A DNA stretch of 64,000 bases from an uncultured Bacilli bacterium (GCA_934102355.1 CAKOSO010000001.1:7695-71694); one strand, 5' to 3'; shown: positions 45,902 through 56,412, counted from the stretch's first letter. Numbers and translations are program-made. Notes: generated by a model not told the origin, from the letters alone.

Positions 45902-47647
45902 ATGAAAAAAAATATGAATGCATCATTTAATGAAAATAATGTTGGAGAAAATATTGAATTATATGGTTGGGTTTCTAGAGTAAGAAACCTTGGAGGATTA
46001 ATTTTTATCGATTTAAGAGATAGAAGCGGTATTATTCAACTCGTTGTTGATCCATCGAATAAATACTATGATATTGCAAATTCTTTAAAATCAGAATATG
46101 TTATTAAAGCAATTGGAGATGTAGTTTTAAGATCTAACCCAAATAATAATATACCTACTGGAAAAATTGAAGTTAATGTAAGTTATCTTGAGCTTTTAAA
46201 CACATCATTAGATGTACCATTTGCTATTAGTGATAATTGTACTGCAACCGAAGATACAAGATTAAAGTATAGATATTTGGATATAAGAAGAGATGAAATT
46301 AAAAATAGATTAATTGAAAGAAGTAAAATATGTTTTGCTATCAGAGATTTTCTAAACAGTAATGATTTCATTGAAGTTGAAACACCAATTTTATGTAAAT
46401 CAACACCAGAAGGAGCAAGAGATTACTTAGTTCCATCAAGAATATTTAATGGATCATTCTTCGCACTTCCTCAATCACCACAACTTTTTAAACAACTACT
46501 TATGGTCGGTGGTATTGAAAGATATTATCAAATTGCCAGATGCTTTAGAGATGAAGATTTAAGAGCTGACAGACAACCAGAATTTACTCAGGTCGATGTT
46601 GAGATGAGTTTTGTATCAGAAGATGATGTTATGGAAGTAGGGGAGAAACTAATCGCTTCAGTATTTAAGAAAATTAAAGATATAGATATAAAACTTCCTT
46701 TAGATAGAATGAAATATGATGATGCTATAAACAATTATGGATCTGATAAACCAGATTTAAGATTTGACCTTAAGATAAATGATATTACAAATATTTTTGA
46801 AAATACTAATATTGTCTTTTATAAAGATGCTATTTCAAATAACGGTATAGTAAATGCCATAGTTGTTAAAGACAATGAATCATACTTTACTAGAAAAGTT
46901 TTTGATTATTTAAGTGAATTTGTAAAAAAATATAAACTTGGTGGAATATCATATTTAAAGTTTGGTGATGAGATATCTGGAAGCATTTCTAAACTAATTA
47001 GTGAAAATGAACTAGCCGCATTAAAGAAAAAATTGAATATATCACAAGGAGACGTTGTATTAATTTGTTGTGGTAAAAAACAATTAGTAAAACAAGCTCT
47101 TGGTGCTTTAAGATGCTATCTAGCTCGTGAACTAAATTTAATTAAAGAAGATGAATATAAATTACTATGGGTAGTAGATTTCCCAACATTCGAGTGGAGT
47201 GATACTGAGCAAAGATTCATGTCAATGCATCATCCATTTACTGCTATAAAAGACACTGATATTGAAAAGTTAGAAAATGACAAAGCAAATTGTTATTCTA
47301 AAGCATATGATATTGTAATAAACGGATATGAAGCTGGTGGTGGATCAATTCGTATTCATGATCAAGAAGTTCAGAAGAAAGTATTTGAGGCTTTAAATCT
47401 AAGTGATGATGAAATAAAAGAAAAATTTGGATTCTTTGTAGATGCCTTAAAATATGGAACCCCTCCTCATGGTGGATTTGCACTTGGACTTGACAGATTA
47501 GTTATGATATTAACTAATACAACTAATATTAGAGATGTTATTGCATTTCCTAAAACTGCATCTAGTTCTTGTTTAATGAGTGAATGCCCAAATACCGTAA
47601 GTAAAGATCAACTAGATGATTTAGGAATTAGTATCAATAAAAAATAA
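45902..47647 (+). CDS. aspS: Aspartate--tRNA ligase
   Basis: Class II motifs FRDEDLRADRQPEFTQVD and GGGSIRIH. A bacterial-type insertion domain is present. ~580 aa. RBS AAGGAGG. Confidence 0.9.
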   Translation: MKKNMNASFNENNVGENIELYGWVSRVRNLGGLIFIDLRDRSGIIQLVVDPSNKYYDIANSLKSEYVIKAIGDVVLRSNPNNNIPTGKIEVNVSYLELLNTSLDVPFAISDNCTATEDTRLKYRYLDIRRDEIKNRLIERSKICFAIRDFLNSNDFIEVETPILCKSTPEGARDYLVPSRIFNGSFFALPQSPQLFKQLLMVGGIERYYQIARCFRDEDLRADRQPEFTQVDVEMSFVSEDDVMEVGEKLIASVFKKIKDIDIKLPLDRMKYDDAINNYGSDKPDLRFDLKINDITNIFENTNIVFYKDAISNNGIVNAIVVKDNESYFTRKVFDYLSEFVKKYKLGGISYLKFGDEISGSISKLISENELAALKKKLNISQGDVVLICCGKKQLVKQALGALRCYLARELNLIKEDEYKLLWVVDFPTFEWSDTEQRFMSMHHPFTAIKDTDIEKLENDKANCYSKAYDIVINGYEAGGGSIRIHDQEVQKKVFEALNLSDDEIKEKFGFFVDALKYGTPPHGGFALGLDRLVMILTNTTNIRDVIAFPKTASSSCLMSECPNTVSKDQLDDLGISINKK

Positions 47648-47660
47648 TTACTATAAATAA

Positions 47661-47690
47661 AAACCTGTACGTTATTGTACAGGTTTTTTA
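47661..47690. terminator. Bidirectional terminator (aspS and the convergent LCP gene)
   Basis: Stem aaacctgtac/gtacaggttt with loop gttatt, followed by tttt. Confidence 0.6.
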
Positions 47691-47693
47691 AAA

Positions 47694-49508
47694 CTATTCA
47701 TTTTCACTTTGATTAATTTCATCATCTTTTTTATCCTCTTTTGTCTCATCTTTATTTGTCTCATCTTTGTTTGTATCTTGTTCATCTTTTTTAGAGTCAT
47801 TATTTTTATCTTCTTGCTTAGATTCAGTATTATTATCTTTTATATCATCTAGTGTTTCATCTTTTTTGTCTTCTTTTTCAGTATCTTTTTGTTCTTTATC
47901 TATTTTTCCATCATATTTTTTATCTTCGTTTTTATCTTCAGTTTTGTTATCATTTTTATCATCTTTTACTTCATTTATAACTGGTGTTATAACAGGTTGT
48001 GGAGCACTTCTTTTTGTTGGACTAGAAACATTTGTTGCATCACTATAACTTGCATCAAGCATTTCACCATTTAAAGTTTTATTTATTAAATCTTTTGCCT
48101 GTTGTACACTTTCTTCATTTGGAATCATAACATACAACTTTTGGCTTTGATAAGAATATGTATATTCATATCCGTTTGAACCAGTTACAACATTTGAAGT
48201 GATATTCCATTTAGGCATTTTATCAATTTGATTCTTAATAAGATATGTTATTTTATCAGTACTCATATTAGTTCTAAAACTTGAAGATAATGAATTTAAT
48301 ATATTTGTATATTTGGTAATTATTTGTGGACTAGTAACTTTTTTTATTACTCCATCAATAATAGCTTGTTGATTCTTAATTCTATCATTATCACCATTTG
48401 GTAACGTCATTCGTGTTCTTGCAAACTCTAAAGCTTGTTCACCATTTAAATGAACATATCCTTCTGGGAAATAAGTATATAAATGACCGGTAAATGATCT
48501 TTCATTATACACATCAATTCCACCAATTGCATCAATTAAACTAACTACAGTAGTAAAGTTTGCTTTTACATAATAATTAATATCTATATCAAATAAATTT
48601 TCTATTGTACCTACAGATGACTCAACACCATAGATTCCAGCATGAGTTAATTTATCTTTATATCCTGTTGTATCTTTTAGTTGTACATAATAATCTCTTG
48701 GAATAGAAGTAAGTAATACTTGATTAGTATTTGGATTAACTGTAATTACCATATTAACATCACTTCTTGATACAATATCAATTGATCCATAATTATCAAG
48801 ACCAGTAACATAAATATTAAATGGTTCATTATTCTTTGTATTTTTTACTATATTATTTGTTTCTATTTTTATTTCAAAGGTATATAATACTTTTGCTTTT
48901 TCACTTAGTTGTGGATACTTTTCAAGCAATATATTATAGTTTGTTTCTTCAGTTAATATAGCATCCGTTTTTTTATTGTATAAATTATTTACTAGTGCAT
49001 CATCATCACTAATTTCAATTGCTTTTGCACTTGTTAACTTACCTAATTCTTCTAAAGCATTATCATAATGCAAACTTTTTTTACTAATATATTCAATACT
49101 ATTTTTTATATCTGCTACTGATTTATAATTACTATCTTTTAATACAATAACATTATACTTTTCTTTTTTATGATTTAAGTCATCTATCTTTGACATAAAT
49201 GTATTTGTTTTATATAAATAGAAGAAACCTACCGTTAAAGCTACTGTTGCTATAGTTATTATAATTGCCCATAACACTTTTAAAAACTTCAATTTCTTCT
49301 TTTTAAAGAATATGAATATTGATAAAAATATTAATAAAACAGAAAGTAGTGAATACAGCAATATATATTTAAGCGGTATTATATTTAACTTATATATTAA
49401 TACAAAGTTTGCACAACATACTATAGTTATTAACAATGTTATAAGTAATTGATATTTTTTAAATTTACTTATTTTCCTTTTCTTTTCATTATTGTCTCTT
49501 AACTTCAT
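47694..49508 (-). CDS. LCP (LytR-CpsA-Psr) family cell-wall polymer transferase with a long charged low-complexity C-terminal tail
   Basis: N-terminal TM segments. The LCP core is VNMVITVNPNTNQVLLTSIPRDYYV...THAGIYG. A ~110-aa K/D/E/N-rich tail follows. The RBS GGTGAT precedes the ATG at 49508. Confidence 0.8.
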   Translation of the reverse strand: MKLRDNNEKKRKISKFKKYQLLITLLITIVCCANFVLIYKLNIIPLKYILLYSLLSVLLIFLSIFIFFKKKKLKFLKVLWAIIITIATVALTVGFFYLYKTNTFMSKIDDLNHKKEKYNVIVLKDSNYKSVADIKNSIEYISKKSLHYDNALEELGKLTSAKAIEISDDDALVNNLYNKKTDAILTEETNYNILLEKYPQLSEKAKVLYTFEIKIETNNIVKNTKNNEPFNIYVTGLDNYGSIDIVSRSDVNMVITVNPNTNQVLLTSIPRDYYVQLKDTTGYKDKLTHAGIYGVESSVGTIENLFDIDINYYVKANFTTVVSLIDAIGGIDVYNERSFTGHLYTYFPEGYVHLNGEQALEFARTRMTLPNGDNDRIKNQQAIIDGVIKKVTSPQIITKYTNILNSLSSSFRTNMSTDKITYLIKNQIDKMPKWNITSNVVTGSNGYEYTYSYQSQKLYVMIPNEESVQQAKDLINKTLNGEMLDASYSDATNVSSPTKRSAPQPVITPVINEVKDDKNDNKTEDKNEDKKYDGKIDKEQKDTEKEDKKDETLDDIKDNNTESKQEDKNNDSKKDEQDTNKDETNKDETKEDKKDDEINQSENE

Positions 49509-49592
49509 AAAAATCACCAATAACATTATAGCATGTATTACAAATAAATAATGTTTATCTAGTGTTATTTGTCTTTATTTTACACATTTATG

Positions 49593-50885
49593 TTAAGTAT
49601 TTAAATACTTTTTAATTACTATTATATGTTCTACAATAGTATAAATACTTGAAAATAACGTCGCTATTAATAACGAGTACATCCCTATATCCAAAAACGT
49701 CAAACCAATCAATACTACAGTTTTTATTATCATACTTATAGTTGTTGTTTTCATAATTGTTTTTGATTTATTTATAGCTTGTAAACAAGATATTATTGGA
49801 GCTTGAATATATGTTATTAAAAATATTAATGATGCTACTTTTAAGTAATTTGCACCAAGTGTTTCTTTAAAAACTAAATTTAAACATTCTTTTGGAAATA
49901 AAAATAAAAGAATTGTAAAAGGAACTCCAATTATTAAAGATACTGTTATTGCTTGGATAAGTTTATTTTTTAATTTCACTTTATTTTTTAATACATTATA
50001 CTTAGTAAGAACAGGAAGCAAAGCACTAGATATAGCTCCGCTTAAAAATGATGGCAAAGATACAATAGGAATTACATATCCAGATATAATGCCATATTCA
50101 TTTGTTATATAGCTATTTGAATGACCAATAAAGGTAAGAATAAATGTTAAAATTATTGGTTCTAAGAATATTCCAATTGAGCTCACTATTCTACTTAATG
50201 TATTTGGTATTGATATTGATGCAATATTTCTAAAATTATCATATTCAAATCTAAAATATTCTTTTTTTATAGTAAATTTTTGTGGTAAAAATAATAATAA
50301 TATAATTATTGAAGATAATTCACTAATTATATTTATCAAAATTAATACAGTAACAGAATATATAACATTATATTTTAAAACTTTAGGTAAGAACACTACA
50401 ATAATACTTATTCTCACTATTTGTTCTACTATATTAGATATTACATGAGGTAACATTCTTTGTTTTCCAAAAAAATATCCCTTAGCAATTCCAGATATAG
50501 TTATAAAAGGTAATGTTAAACCAATTGACATTATAGGAATAGTTAAATTCTCATTTTTTAAAAAGAATGTAGCAAATGGTTTTGCAATTAGAAATATAAA
50601 AATTATTATTAGTAGATTAAAAAATAATGCAATTGGAACTGATCCAAAAATAACTTCCTTATTATTACGTGTATTTTCTGATACTATTTTTGACAAAGAT
50701 AATGGAAGTGATAATGTAGCAATAGTTATAAATAAATTAAAACTTGGCATCACCATAGTATAAAGTCCAATTCCTTCTAAACCAATAATTCTTGTTGTAA
50801 TTATTTTAATTATCATCCCTAGTATTTTAGTTATTAATCCACCAATTACTAATATTAAAGTTGATTTTATGAATTTCTCTTTCAA
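49593..50885 (-). CDS. MOP-superfamily flippase (SpoVB / polysaccharide biosynthesis protein-like), first gene of a flippase-LCP pair
   Basis: The SpoVB-like N-terminus (FIKSTLILVIGGLITKILGMIIKIITTRIIGLEGIGLYTM) is followed by a multi-TM profile. The likely start is a TTG at 50885 with RBS AGGTGA; the tracked GTG at 50894 has no SD. Confidence 0.7.
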   Translation of the reverse strand: MKEKFIKSTLILVIGGLITKILGMIIKIITTRIIGLEGIGLYTMVMPSFNLFITIATLSLPLSLSKIVSENTRNNKEVIFGSVPIALFFNLLIIIFIFLIAKPFATFFLKNENLTIPIMSIGLTLPFITISGIAKGYFFGKQRMLPHVISNIVEQIVRISIIVVFLPKVLKYNVIYSVTVLILINIISELSSIIILLLFLPQKFTIKKEYFRFEYDNFRNIASISIPNTLSRIVSSIGIFLEPIILTFILTFIGHSNSYITNEYGIISGYVIPIVSLPSFLSGAISSALLPVLTKYNVLKNKVKLKNKLIQAITVSLIIGVPFTILLFLFPKECLNLVFKETLGANYLKVASLIFLITYIQAPIISCLQAINKSKTIMKTTTISMIIKTVVLIGLTFLDIGMYSLLIATLFSSIYTIVEHIIVIKKYLNT

Positions 50886-50998
50886 TTTTTTCACCTATAT
50901 AATTCTATGTTTTTTACACTTTTAAAATATATTTAATGATTTGACTTTTTATGACATTTAGTATATAATAGGTGCTACGCAATAAGGAGATCAAAAAT

Positions 50999-51619
50999 AT
51001 GATAGTTACTAAGATATTACCTGTAGAGGTATCAGTTATAAATAGAAATAATGAGTTAATTTATGCAGAAAAAAGAGTAAATGGCGATAATATTAATTAT
51101 GTTATATATAGTAAAGAAAAAGATAAACTCATAAGAGAAAATCTTACTGAAGATGTATTTTTTGATACGTATTTGGCAGATTCTAGAATGACTTTATATA
51201 AAGCATTATTATTAATGGAAAAAGACCTATATAACTATTATGGTGAACAAGGAGTTTCAGTCCTTCTTACTTATATAAATTACATAAAAAGACATAGTGG
51301 AGCTTATTCTAAAAAGTATGGTGCTATGAAAGAATTCCGTGTAAGTCCTAATATGAGAGATATGGTAGTTGATGTTATAGATAGATATAATAACTTTTAT
51401 CGAAATGTTAATTCTAAATACGATTTACCTAGAGTATGCTTCGATAGTTCTTTAGAATATGCAAATGATGAATTTGAATTTTTAAATGGTAAAAACTTAG
51501 TAGAATCTATTAGTGAACAAGTAAGTGAAGATAAAAAAGTTGATGAAGTAAAATCACATAATAATGAGTTTTTAATTGATGATATTTCTAGGACAAGAAA
51601 GTATAATGAAGCTATGTAA
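50999..51619 (+). CDS. Hypothetical protein (206 aa)
   Basis: The RBS AAGGAG sits 9 nt before the ATG at 50999. No recognisable motif. Confidence 0.45.
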   Translation: MIVTKILPVEVSVINRNNELIYAEKRVNGDNINYVIYSKEKDKLIRENLTEDVFFDTYLADSRMTLYKALLLMEKDLYNYYGEQGVSVLLTYINYIKRHSGAYSKKYGAMKEFRVSPNMRDMVVDVIDRYNNFYRNVNSKYDLPRVCFDSSLEYANDEFEFLNGKNLVESISEQVSEDKKVDEVKSHNNEFLIDDISRTRKYNEAM

Positions 51620-51688
51620 CAATAGCTTTTTTACTTGTTTTTTTTATTATAATAAAGTATTATATATTTAGTAAAAGGGAGGATTTTT

Positions 51689-53044
51689 ATGATTACAAAA
51701 CAAAAAGGAACTTATGATGTATATGGTAAAAAAGGAAGAGATATTTTAGCACTAAGAAATATATTTGAAGATCTTATGACTAATTATAATTATGAGTATT
51801 TTAGAACTCCGGTTTTTGAATCTTCTAGTTTATTCCATAGAGGAGTTGGAGAAACAACAGATATAGTTAGTAAAGAAACTTATGATTTTAAAGATAGGGG
51901 AGGCAGAGATTTAACTCTAAGGCCTGAAAGTACTGCTGCAATTGTTAGAAGTTATATTGAAAATAAATTATATACTGACCCTAACTCACCAAAAAAATGT
52001 TGGTTTTTTGAACCTATGTATAGATATGAAAGACCTCAATCTGGTAGAATGAGAGAGCATTTTCAATTTGGTGCTGAAGCATTTGGTAGTGATGATCCAC
52101 TTATGGATGCTGAAGTTATTAGTATTCCAGTTAATTTTTATAGATTATTAGGTCTAAAAGGTGTAACAGTTCACATTAATTCTTTAGGAGATAAAAAAAC
52201 AAGAGATGACTATAGAAGTGCTTTAGTTGAGTATTTGACACCACATATTAATGAATTATGTCCTGATTGTCAAAATAGATTCTTAAAAAACCCTCTTAGA
52301 ATAATTGATTGTAAAGTTGATAAGGATAGTGAAATATTAAAAAACGTACCTAGTATTTTAGATTATCAAAGTGAAGAAGCAAAAAAACACTTTAATTTAG
52401 TCTTAAAATATTTAGATGCATTAGAAATTCCTTATGAAATAGACCCTAAAATAGTTAGAGGGCTAGATTATTATACAAATACTGTATTTGAAGTTATTGC
52501 AGATATTAAAGAATTTGGTGCTCAAAATGTCATGTGTGCAGGTGGTAGATATAATAATTTAGTTAAAACACTTGATGGGCCAGATGTTCCAGCTGTTGGA
52601 TTCGGTATGGGAATAGAAAGACTTATGATGGCATTAGAATATGAAAATATCGATGTATCTGGAGATAATAGTATTAACTGTTATATCGCTCCAATTGGTG
52701 ATGAAGCAAAAGATTTCTCTTTAGCATTATGCAATACACTTAGAATTTTAGGTTTAAAAAGTGACATGGATTACTTAAATAGAACATTAAAATCTAATTT
52801 TAAACAAGCTGAAAGACTTGGAGCTAAATTCATGATAATTGTTGGTGATGAAGAAATTGATACTGGAGTTTTAACAGTTAGAAATATGAAAACCAAAACT
52901 GAAGAAAAAGTAGATAATGCAATGATTATTGATTATCTTGTTTCAGAGCTTGAATCATTAGAGGATGATTGTTGTGATGATGGTTGTTCTTGTGATGACT
53001 GTAGTTGTGATGACTGTAGTGGAGAATGTCACTGTAAAGATTAA
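51689..53044 (+). CDS. hisS: Histidine--tRNA ligase with an unusual Cys/Asp-rich C-terminal extension
   Basis: HisRS motifs FRTPVFE, LRPE-TAAIVR and GGRYNNL, plus an anticodon-binding domain. A tail EDDCCDDGCSCDDCSCDDCSGECHCKD is appended. RBS GGGAGG. Confidence 0.9.
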   Translation: MITKQKGTYDVYGKKGRDILALRNIFEDLMTNYNYEYFRTPVFESSSLFHRGVGETTDIVSKETYDFKDRGGRDLTLRPESTAAIVRSYIENKLYTDPNSPKKCWFFEPMYRYERPQSGRMREHFQFGAEAFGSDDPLMDAEVISIPVNFYRLLGLKGVTVHINSLGDKKTRDDYRSALVEYLTPHINELCPDCQNRFLKNPLRIIDCKVDKDSEILKNVPSILDYQSEEAKKHFNLVLKYLDALEIPYEIDPKIVRGLDYYTNTVFEVIADIKEFGAQNVMCAGGRYNNLVKTLDGPDVPAVGFGMGIERLMMALEYENIDVSGDNSINCYIAPIGDEAKDFSLALCNTLRILGLKSDMDYLNRTLKSNFKQAERLGAKFMIIVGDEEIDTGVLTVRNMKTKTEEKVDNAMIIDYLVSELESLEDDCCDDGCSCDDCSCDDCSGECHCKD

Positions 53045-53070
53045 GAAGCGATTATTCGCTTTTTATTTTA
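53045..53070 (+). terminator. hisS terminator
   Basis: Stem aagcga-ttat-tcgctt followed by ttttt. Confidence 0.55.
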
Positions 53071-53260
53071 CAGTTTTTTTGTAAAAGTAATATTTATTTT
53101 TAAATAGTTAAAGACAAATAAAATATTATATGATATATTAATATTACCAGATGATACATTTAGTAAAAAACCTTACAAGCTATAATAAGGGAATCAAAAT
53201 ATAGATATTTGGTGTTGAATACTTACTAGTTAAGGATCCTAAAGAATATCAAGAGATGCC

Positions 53261-53285
53261 CACCTGTAATTAAACAGGTTTTTAT
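53261..53285 (+). terminator. Second terminator-like hairpin in the hisS-nusB spacer
   Basis: Stem acctgt-aattaa-acaggt followed by ttttt. It lies ~75 nt upstream of nusB with no ORF between the two terminators. Confidence 0.4.
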
Positions 53286-53357
53286 AAGCAGTATCACTGG
53301 TTTTTATTTACAATTTTTTAGTTTATATATATAATAAAGAAGAAAAAGGAGATATAT

Positions 53358-53762
53358 ATGAGAAGTCGTAGTGAATTAAGAGATATTATAGTTAAAGTCT
53401 TATATCAAGAATATATTTATGATAGTAATAATATTAAATATGATATAAAAAAAATAATTAAAGACAATATTAAAGAAGATAATGAATTTGTTTGTGGTTG
53501 TATTAATGGAATAATTGATAACGAAAAAGCATTAACAGATTTAGCTAATAAGTACTTAAAAAATTGGAATGTTGATAGATTAGGCAAAGTAGATAAAGCA
53601 ATACTACTTCTTGGAATATATGAAATTGTTTATACAGATACTCCTGATATTGTTTGTATTAATGAAGCTTTGGAACTATCTAAAAAATATAGTGATGAAA
53701 AAGTTAGTAGTATGATTAATGCTACATTAGATAAAATTTTACACGATGAATTAGGAAGATAA
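53358..53762 (+). CDS. nusB: Transcription antitermination factor NusB
   Basis: MRSRSELRDIIVKVLYQ... 134 aa. RBS AAAGGAG. Confidence 0.85.
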   Translation: MRSRSELRDIIVKVLYQEYIYDSNNIKYDIKKIIKDNIKEDNEFVCGCINGIIDNEKALTDLANKYLKNWNVDRLGKVDKAILLLGIYEIVYTDTPDIVCINEALELSKKYSDEKVSSMINATLDKILHDELGR

Positions 53763-53839
53763 GAAGTTTATACTTCTTTTTCTTTTGGAAAAGGATAAAT
53801 ATATGATATAATTATTTTATCGAAGATAGAGGTTATAAT

Positions 53840-55108
53840 ATGAATGATAAGTATTTAACAGTTACACAAATTAATAAATATATAAAATATAAGTTTGATA
53901 ATGATCAAAATTTAAATATAGTTTATTTAAAGGGTGAAATATCAAATTTCAAGAGTCATTCATCAGGTCATTTATATTTTACTATTAAAGATGAATCATC
54001 AAGAATTATGGCAGTTATGTTTAGAAATAATGCTATGAAAATTAATTTTAAACCAAATGATGGAGATAAAGTTTTAGTAGTTGGTAAAATTGGTGTCTAT
54101 GAAGCTAATGGAAATTACCAAATATACGTAGAAGAAATGGCTCTTGACGGTGTAGGAAATCTCTATTTAGAATTTGAAAAACTAAAGAAAAAATTAGAAC
54201 TTGAAGGATTATTTGATCAAAAATATAAAAAACCAATTCCTAAATACCCCAAAAATATTGGTGTTATAACTGCTACTACTGGAGCCGCTATTAGGGATAT
54301 TATTACAACAATTAATCGTAGATATAAACTCGTAAATGTATCAATTTTTCCTTGCTTAGTACAAGGCGAAGGCGCTAAAGAAGATATTGTAAGAAATCTA
54401 AAAAGAGCACAAAACTATGATTTAGATGTTATTATTCTCGGGCGTGGTGGTGGATCTATTGAAGATTTATGGGCATTTAACGAAGAATGCGTTGCTCGAG
54501 CTATATTTGATAGCAAAATACCAATTATATCTGGAGTAGGGCATGAAATAGACTTTACAATAAGTGATTTTGTTTCTGATCTTAGAGCGCCAACACCTAC
54601 CGCTGCAGCAGAACTTGCAGTACCGAGTACACTTGAACTAATAAATGCATTAAACCAATTGAATATAAGATGTAATAAATCAGTACGTAACTTACTCGAT
54701 ATGAAAAAACAGCAATTAAAAAAATTGACTGATTCATATATCTTGAAAAATCCAAAGAGCATGTATGAAGTTAAAATGCAAAAGATAGATGGACTAGTAG
54801 AAAAAGTATTATACCTATTAAAATATAAAGTTAATGAAAGCAATAATAAGTTACTTAATATCGATAATAGATTAAAAATATCTATTGGGAAGACTGTGGA
54901 TCTAAAAAATAATAAATTTTTAAATATTATTACTAAACTTGAAACACTAAATCCAATTAATACCATTAAAAGAGGTTACACAATAACTAAAAATAAAGAA
55001 AAATGTATAAACAACATAAATAACGTTAAGATTGGAGATATTATAGAAACTGAACTAGTAAACGGAAAATTATTTTCTGAAGTTAAAAATGTGGAGGTAA
55101 AAGAATGA
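53840..55108 (+). CDS. xseA: Exodeoxyribonuclease VII large subunit
   Basis: N-terminal OB fold (LTVTQINKYIKYKF..VYLKGEISNFK..SGHLYFTIKD). ~420 aa. RBS AGAGGT. Confidence 0.85.
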   Translation: MNDKYLTVTQINKYIKYKFDNDQNLNIVYLKGEISNFKSHSSGHLYFTIKDESSRIMAVMFRNNAMKINFKPNDGDKVLVVGKIGVYEANGNYQIYVEEMALDGVGNLYLEFEKLKKKLELEGLFDQKYKKPIPKYPKNIGVITATTGAAIRDIITTINRRYKLVNVSIFPCLVQGEGAKEDIVRNLKRAQNYDLDVIILGRGGGSIEDLWAFNEECVARAIFDSKIPIISGVGHEIDFTISDFVSDLRAPTPTAAAELAVPSTLELINALNQLNIRCNKSVRNLLDMKKQQLKKLTDSYILKNPKSMYEVKMQKIDGLVEKVLYLLKYKVNESNNKLLNIDNRLKISIGKTVDLKNNKFLNIITKLETLNPINTIKRGYTITKNKEKCINNINNVKIGDIIETELVNGKLFSEVKNVEVKE

Positions 55109-55326
55109 GTAAAGAATTAAGCTTTGAAGAAAAATTAAATAATCTAGAAAAAATAGTTAAAGAATTAGAACAAGGAGATGTACCACTTGATAATGCAATC
55201 GAAAAATTTAATGAAGCAATGAAACTATCTAGTGAATTAAATAAAAAGCTAAATGAAGCAACTGAAACCATTAATAAAGTTATTAATAATGATGGAAGTA
55301 GAGAAGACTTTAAAATTAACGAATAA
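55105..55326 (+). CDS. xseB: Exodeoxyribonuclease VII small subunit
   Basis: 73 aa: SFEEKLNNLEKIVKELEQGDVPLDNAIEKFNEAMKL. A 4-nt overlap (ATGA) with xseA. Confidence 0.85.
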   Translation: MSKELSFEEKLNNLEKIVKELEQGDVPLDNAIEKFNEAMKLSSELNKKLNEATETINKVINNDGSREDFKINE

Positions 55327-55404
55327 TTTTTTCCATTTTTTGTTTAATATATATTAAAAGGAAATAGACATAATAATAATGTAGTTTATTAAGGAGTTGA
55401 TTTT

Positions 55405-56388
55405 ATGACTTTTAAAAAAATAAATTACAAATTGTTCTTATTCCTTTTTTTAATTTCTATTTTTATTATGCCATTTAATGCTTATGCTTATACGAATAAA
55501 GTGATTCTTGGAGGAGAAAACGTTGGAATTGAAGTACATAGTAAAGGAATTTTAGTGGTTGGTTTTTATAATGTTTCAACATCCAGTCCAGGAAAAGATG
55601 CAGGATTACAATTAGGTGATTTAATTGTAAAGATAGATGATACCGCTATTTCCACAATAGCTGATCTAACTAATTATATAAATGATTCAAGCAATAAGCT
55701 TACCTTAACCTATCAAAGAGGTTCTAAAACATATACAACAGATCTAACTCTAGCATATGATGATGGTATATATAAAACAGGTATTTATGTTAAGGATTCT
55801 ATTATTGGAATAGGCACTCTCACATTTATAAATCCTGTTACAAGCATGTATGGTGCTTTAGGTCATGAAATAGATGAATCTACAACTGGAATGAAATTTG
55901 AAATAAAAGATGGGAAGATATTCAAAAGTGATGTAATTGATATAAAAAAATCTAACCGAAATGATCCAGGAGAAAAAAGAGCAAATTACTATTCTAATAT
56001 AGAATATGGTACAATACTTAAAAATACCGAAGTAGGAATCTTTGGTAAATATATTGGTGATATTAATAATGATAAATTAATTGATGTTGCAAATACGGGA
56101 GAAATAACTACTGGAGAAGCTTATATTTACACTGTTGTTTCTAATTCTTTAATAGAAAAATTTAAAATAAATATTTTAAGTATAAACAACAATTCTATAA
56201 AAAACATTTTATTTGAAGTAGTTGATGAAAACTTATTAAATAAAACAAACGGTATTGTTCAAGGAATGAGCGGCTCTCCAATTGTTCAAAATGGTAAATT
56301 AGTCGGTGCAGTTACACACGTTGTTCTAGATAATCCTGCAAAAGGATATGGTATATTAATAGAAAATATGTTAAAGGAAACAGATTAA
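55405..56388 (+). CDS. spoIVB: Stage IV sporulation protein B (S55 signalling serine peptidase with a PDZ domain)
   Basis: Signal anchor. PDZ motif GLQLGDLIVKIDDTAI. Protease motifs GIGTLTFINPVTSMYGALGHEI and GMSGSPIVQNGKLVGAVTH. RBS AAGGAG. Confidence 0.8.
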   Translation: MTFKKINYKLFLFLFLISIFIMPFNAYAYTNKVILGGENVGIEVHSKGILVVGFYNVSTSSPGKDAGLQLGDLIVKIDDTAISTIADLTNYINDSSNKLTLTYQRGSKTYTTDLTLAYDDGIYKTGIYVKDSIIGIGTLTFINPVTSMYGALGHEIDESTTGMKFEIKDGKIFKSDVIDIKKSNRNDPGEKRANYYSNIEYGTILKNTEVGIFGKYIGDINNDKLIDVANTGEITTGEAYIYTVVSNSLIEKFKINILSINNNSIKNILFEVVDENLLNKTNGIVQGMSGSPIVQNGKLVGAVTHVVLDNPAKGYGILIENMLKETD

Positions 56389-56412
56389 ATAGGGGAAACC
56401 CTATTTTTTAAA
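56389..56412 (+). terminator. spoIVB terminator (GNRA-capped hairpin)
   Basis: Stem ataggg-gaaa-ccctat followed by a T6 run. Confidence 0.55.

Noticed and set aside
47767-48074. Plus-strand ORFs of 93 and 61 aa opposite the LCP tail region
   Set aside because: They are antisense products of the repetitive K/D/E codons of the LCP tail.
54415-54966. 183-aa minus-strand ORF inside xseA
   Set aside because: It is antisense to a confidently identified gene and has no RBS.
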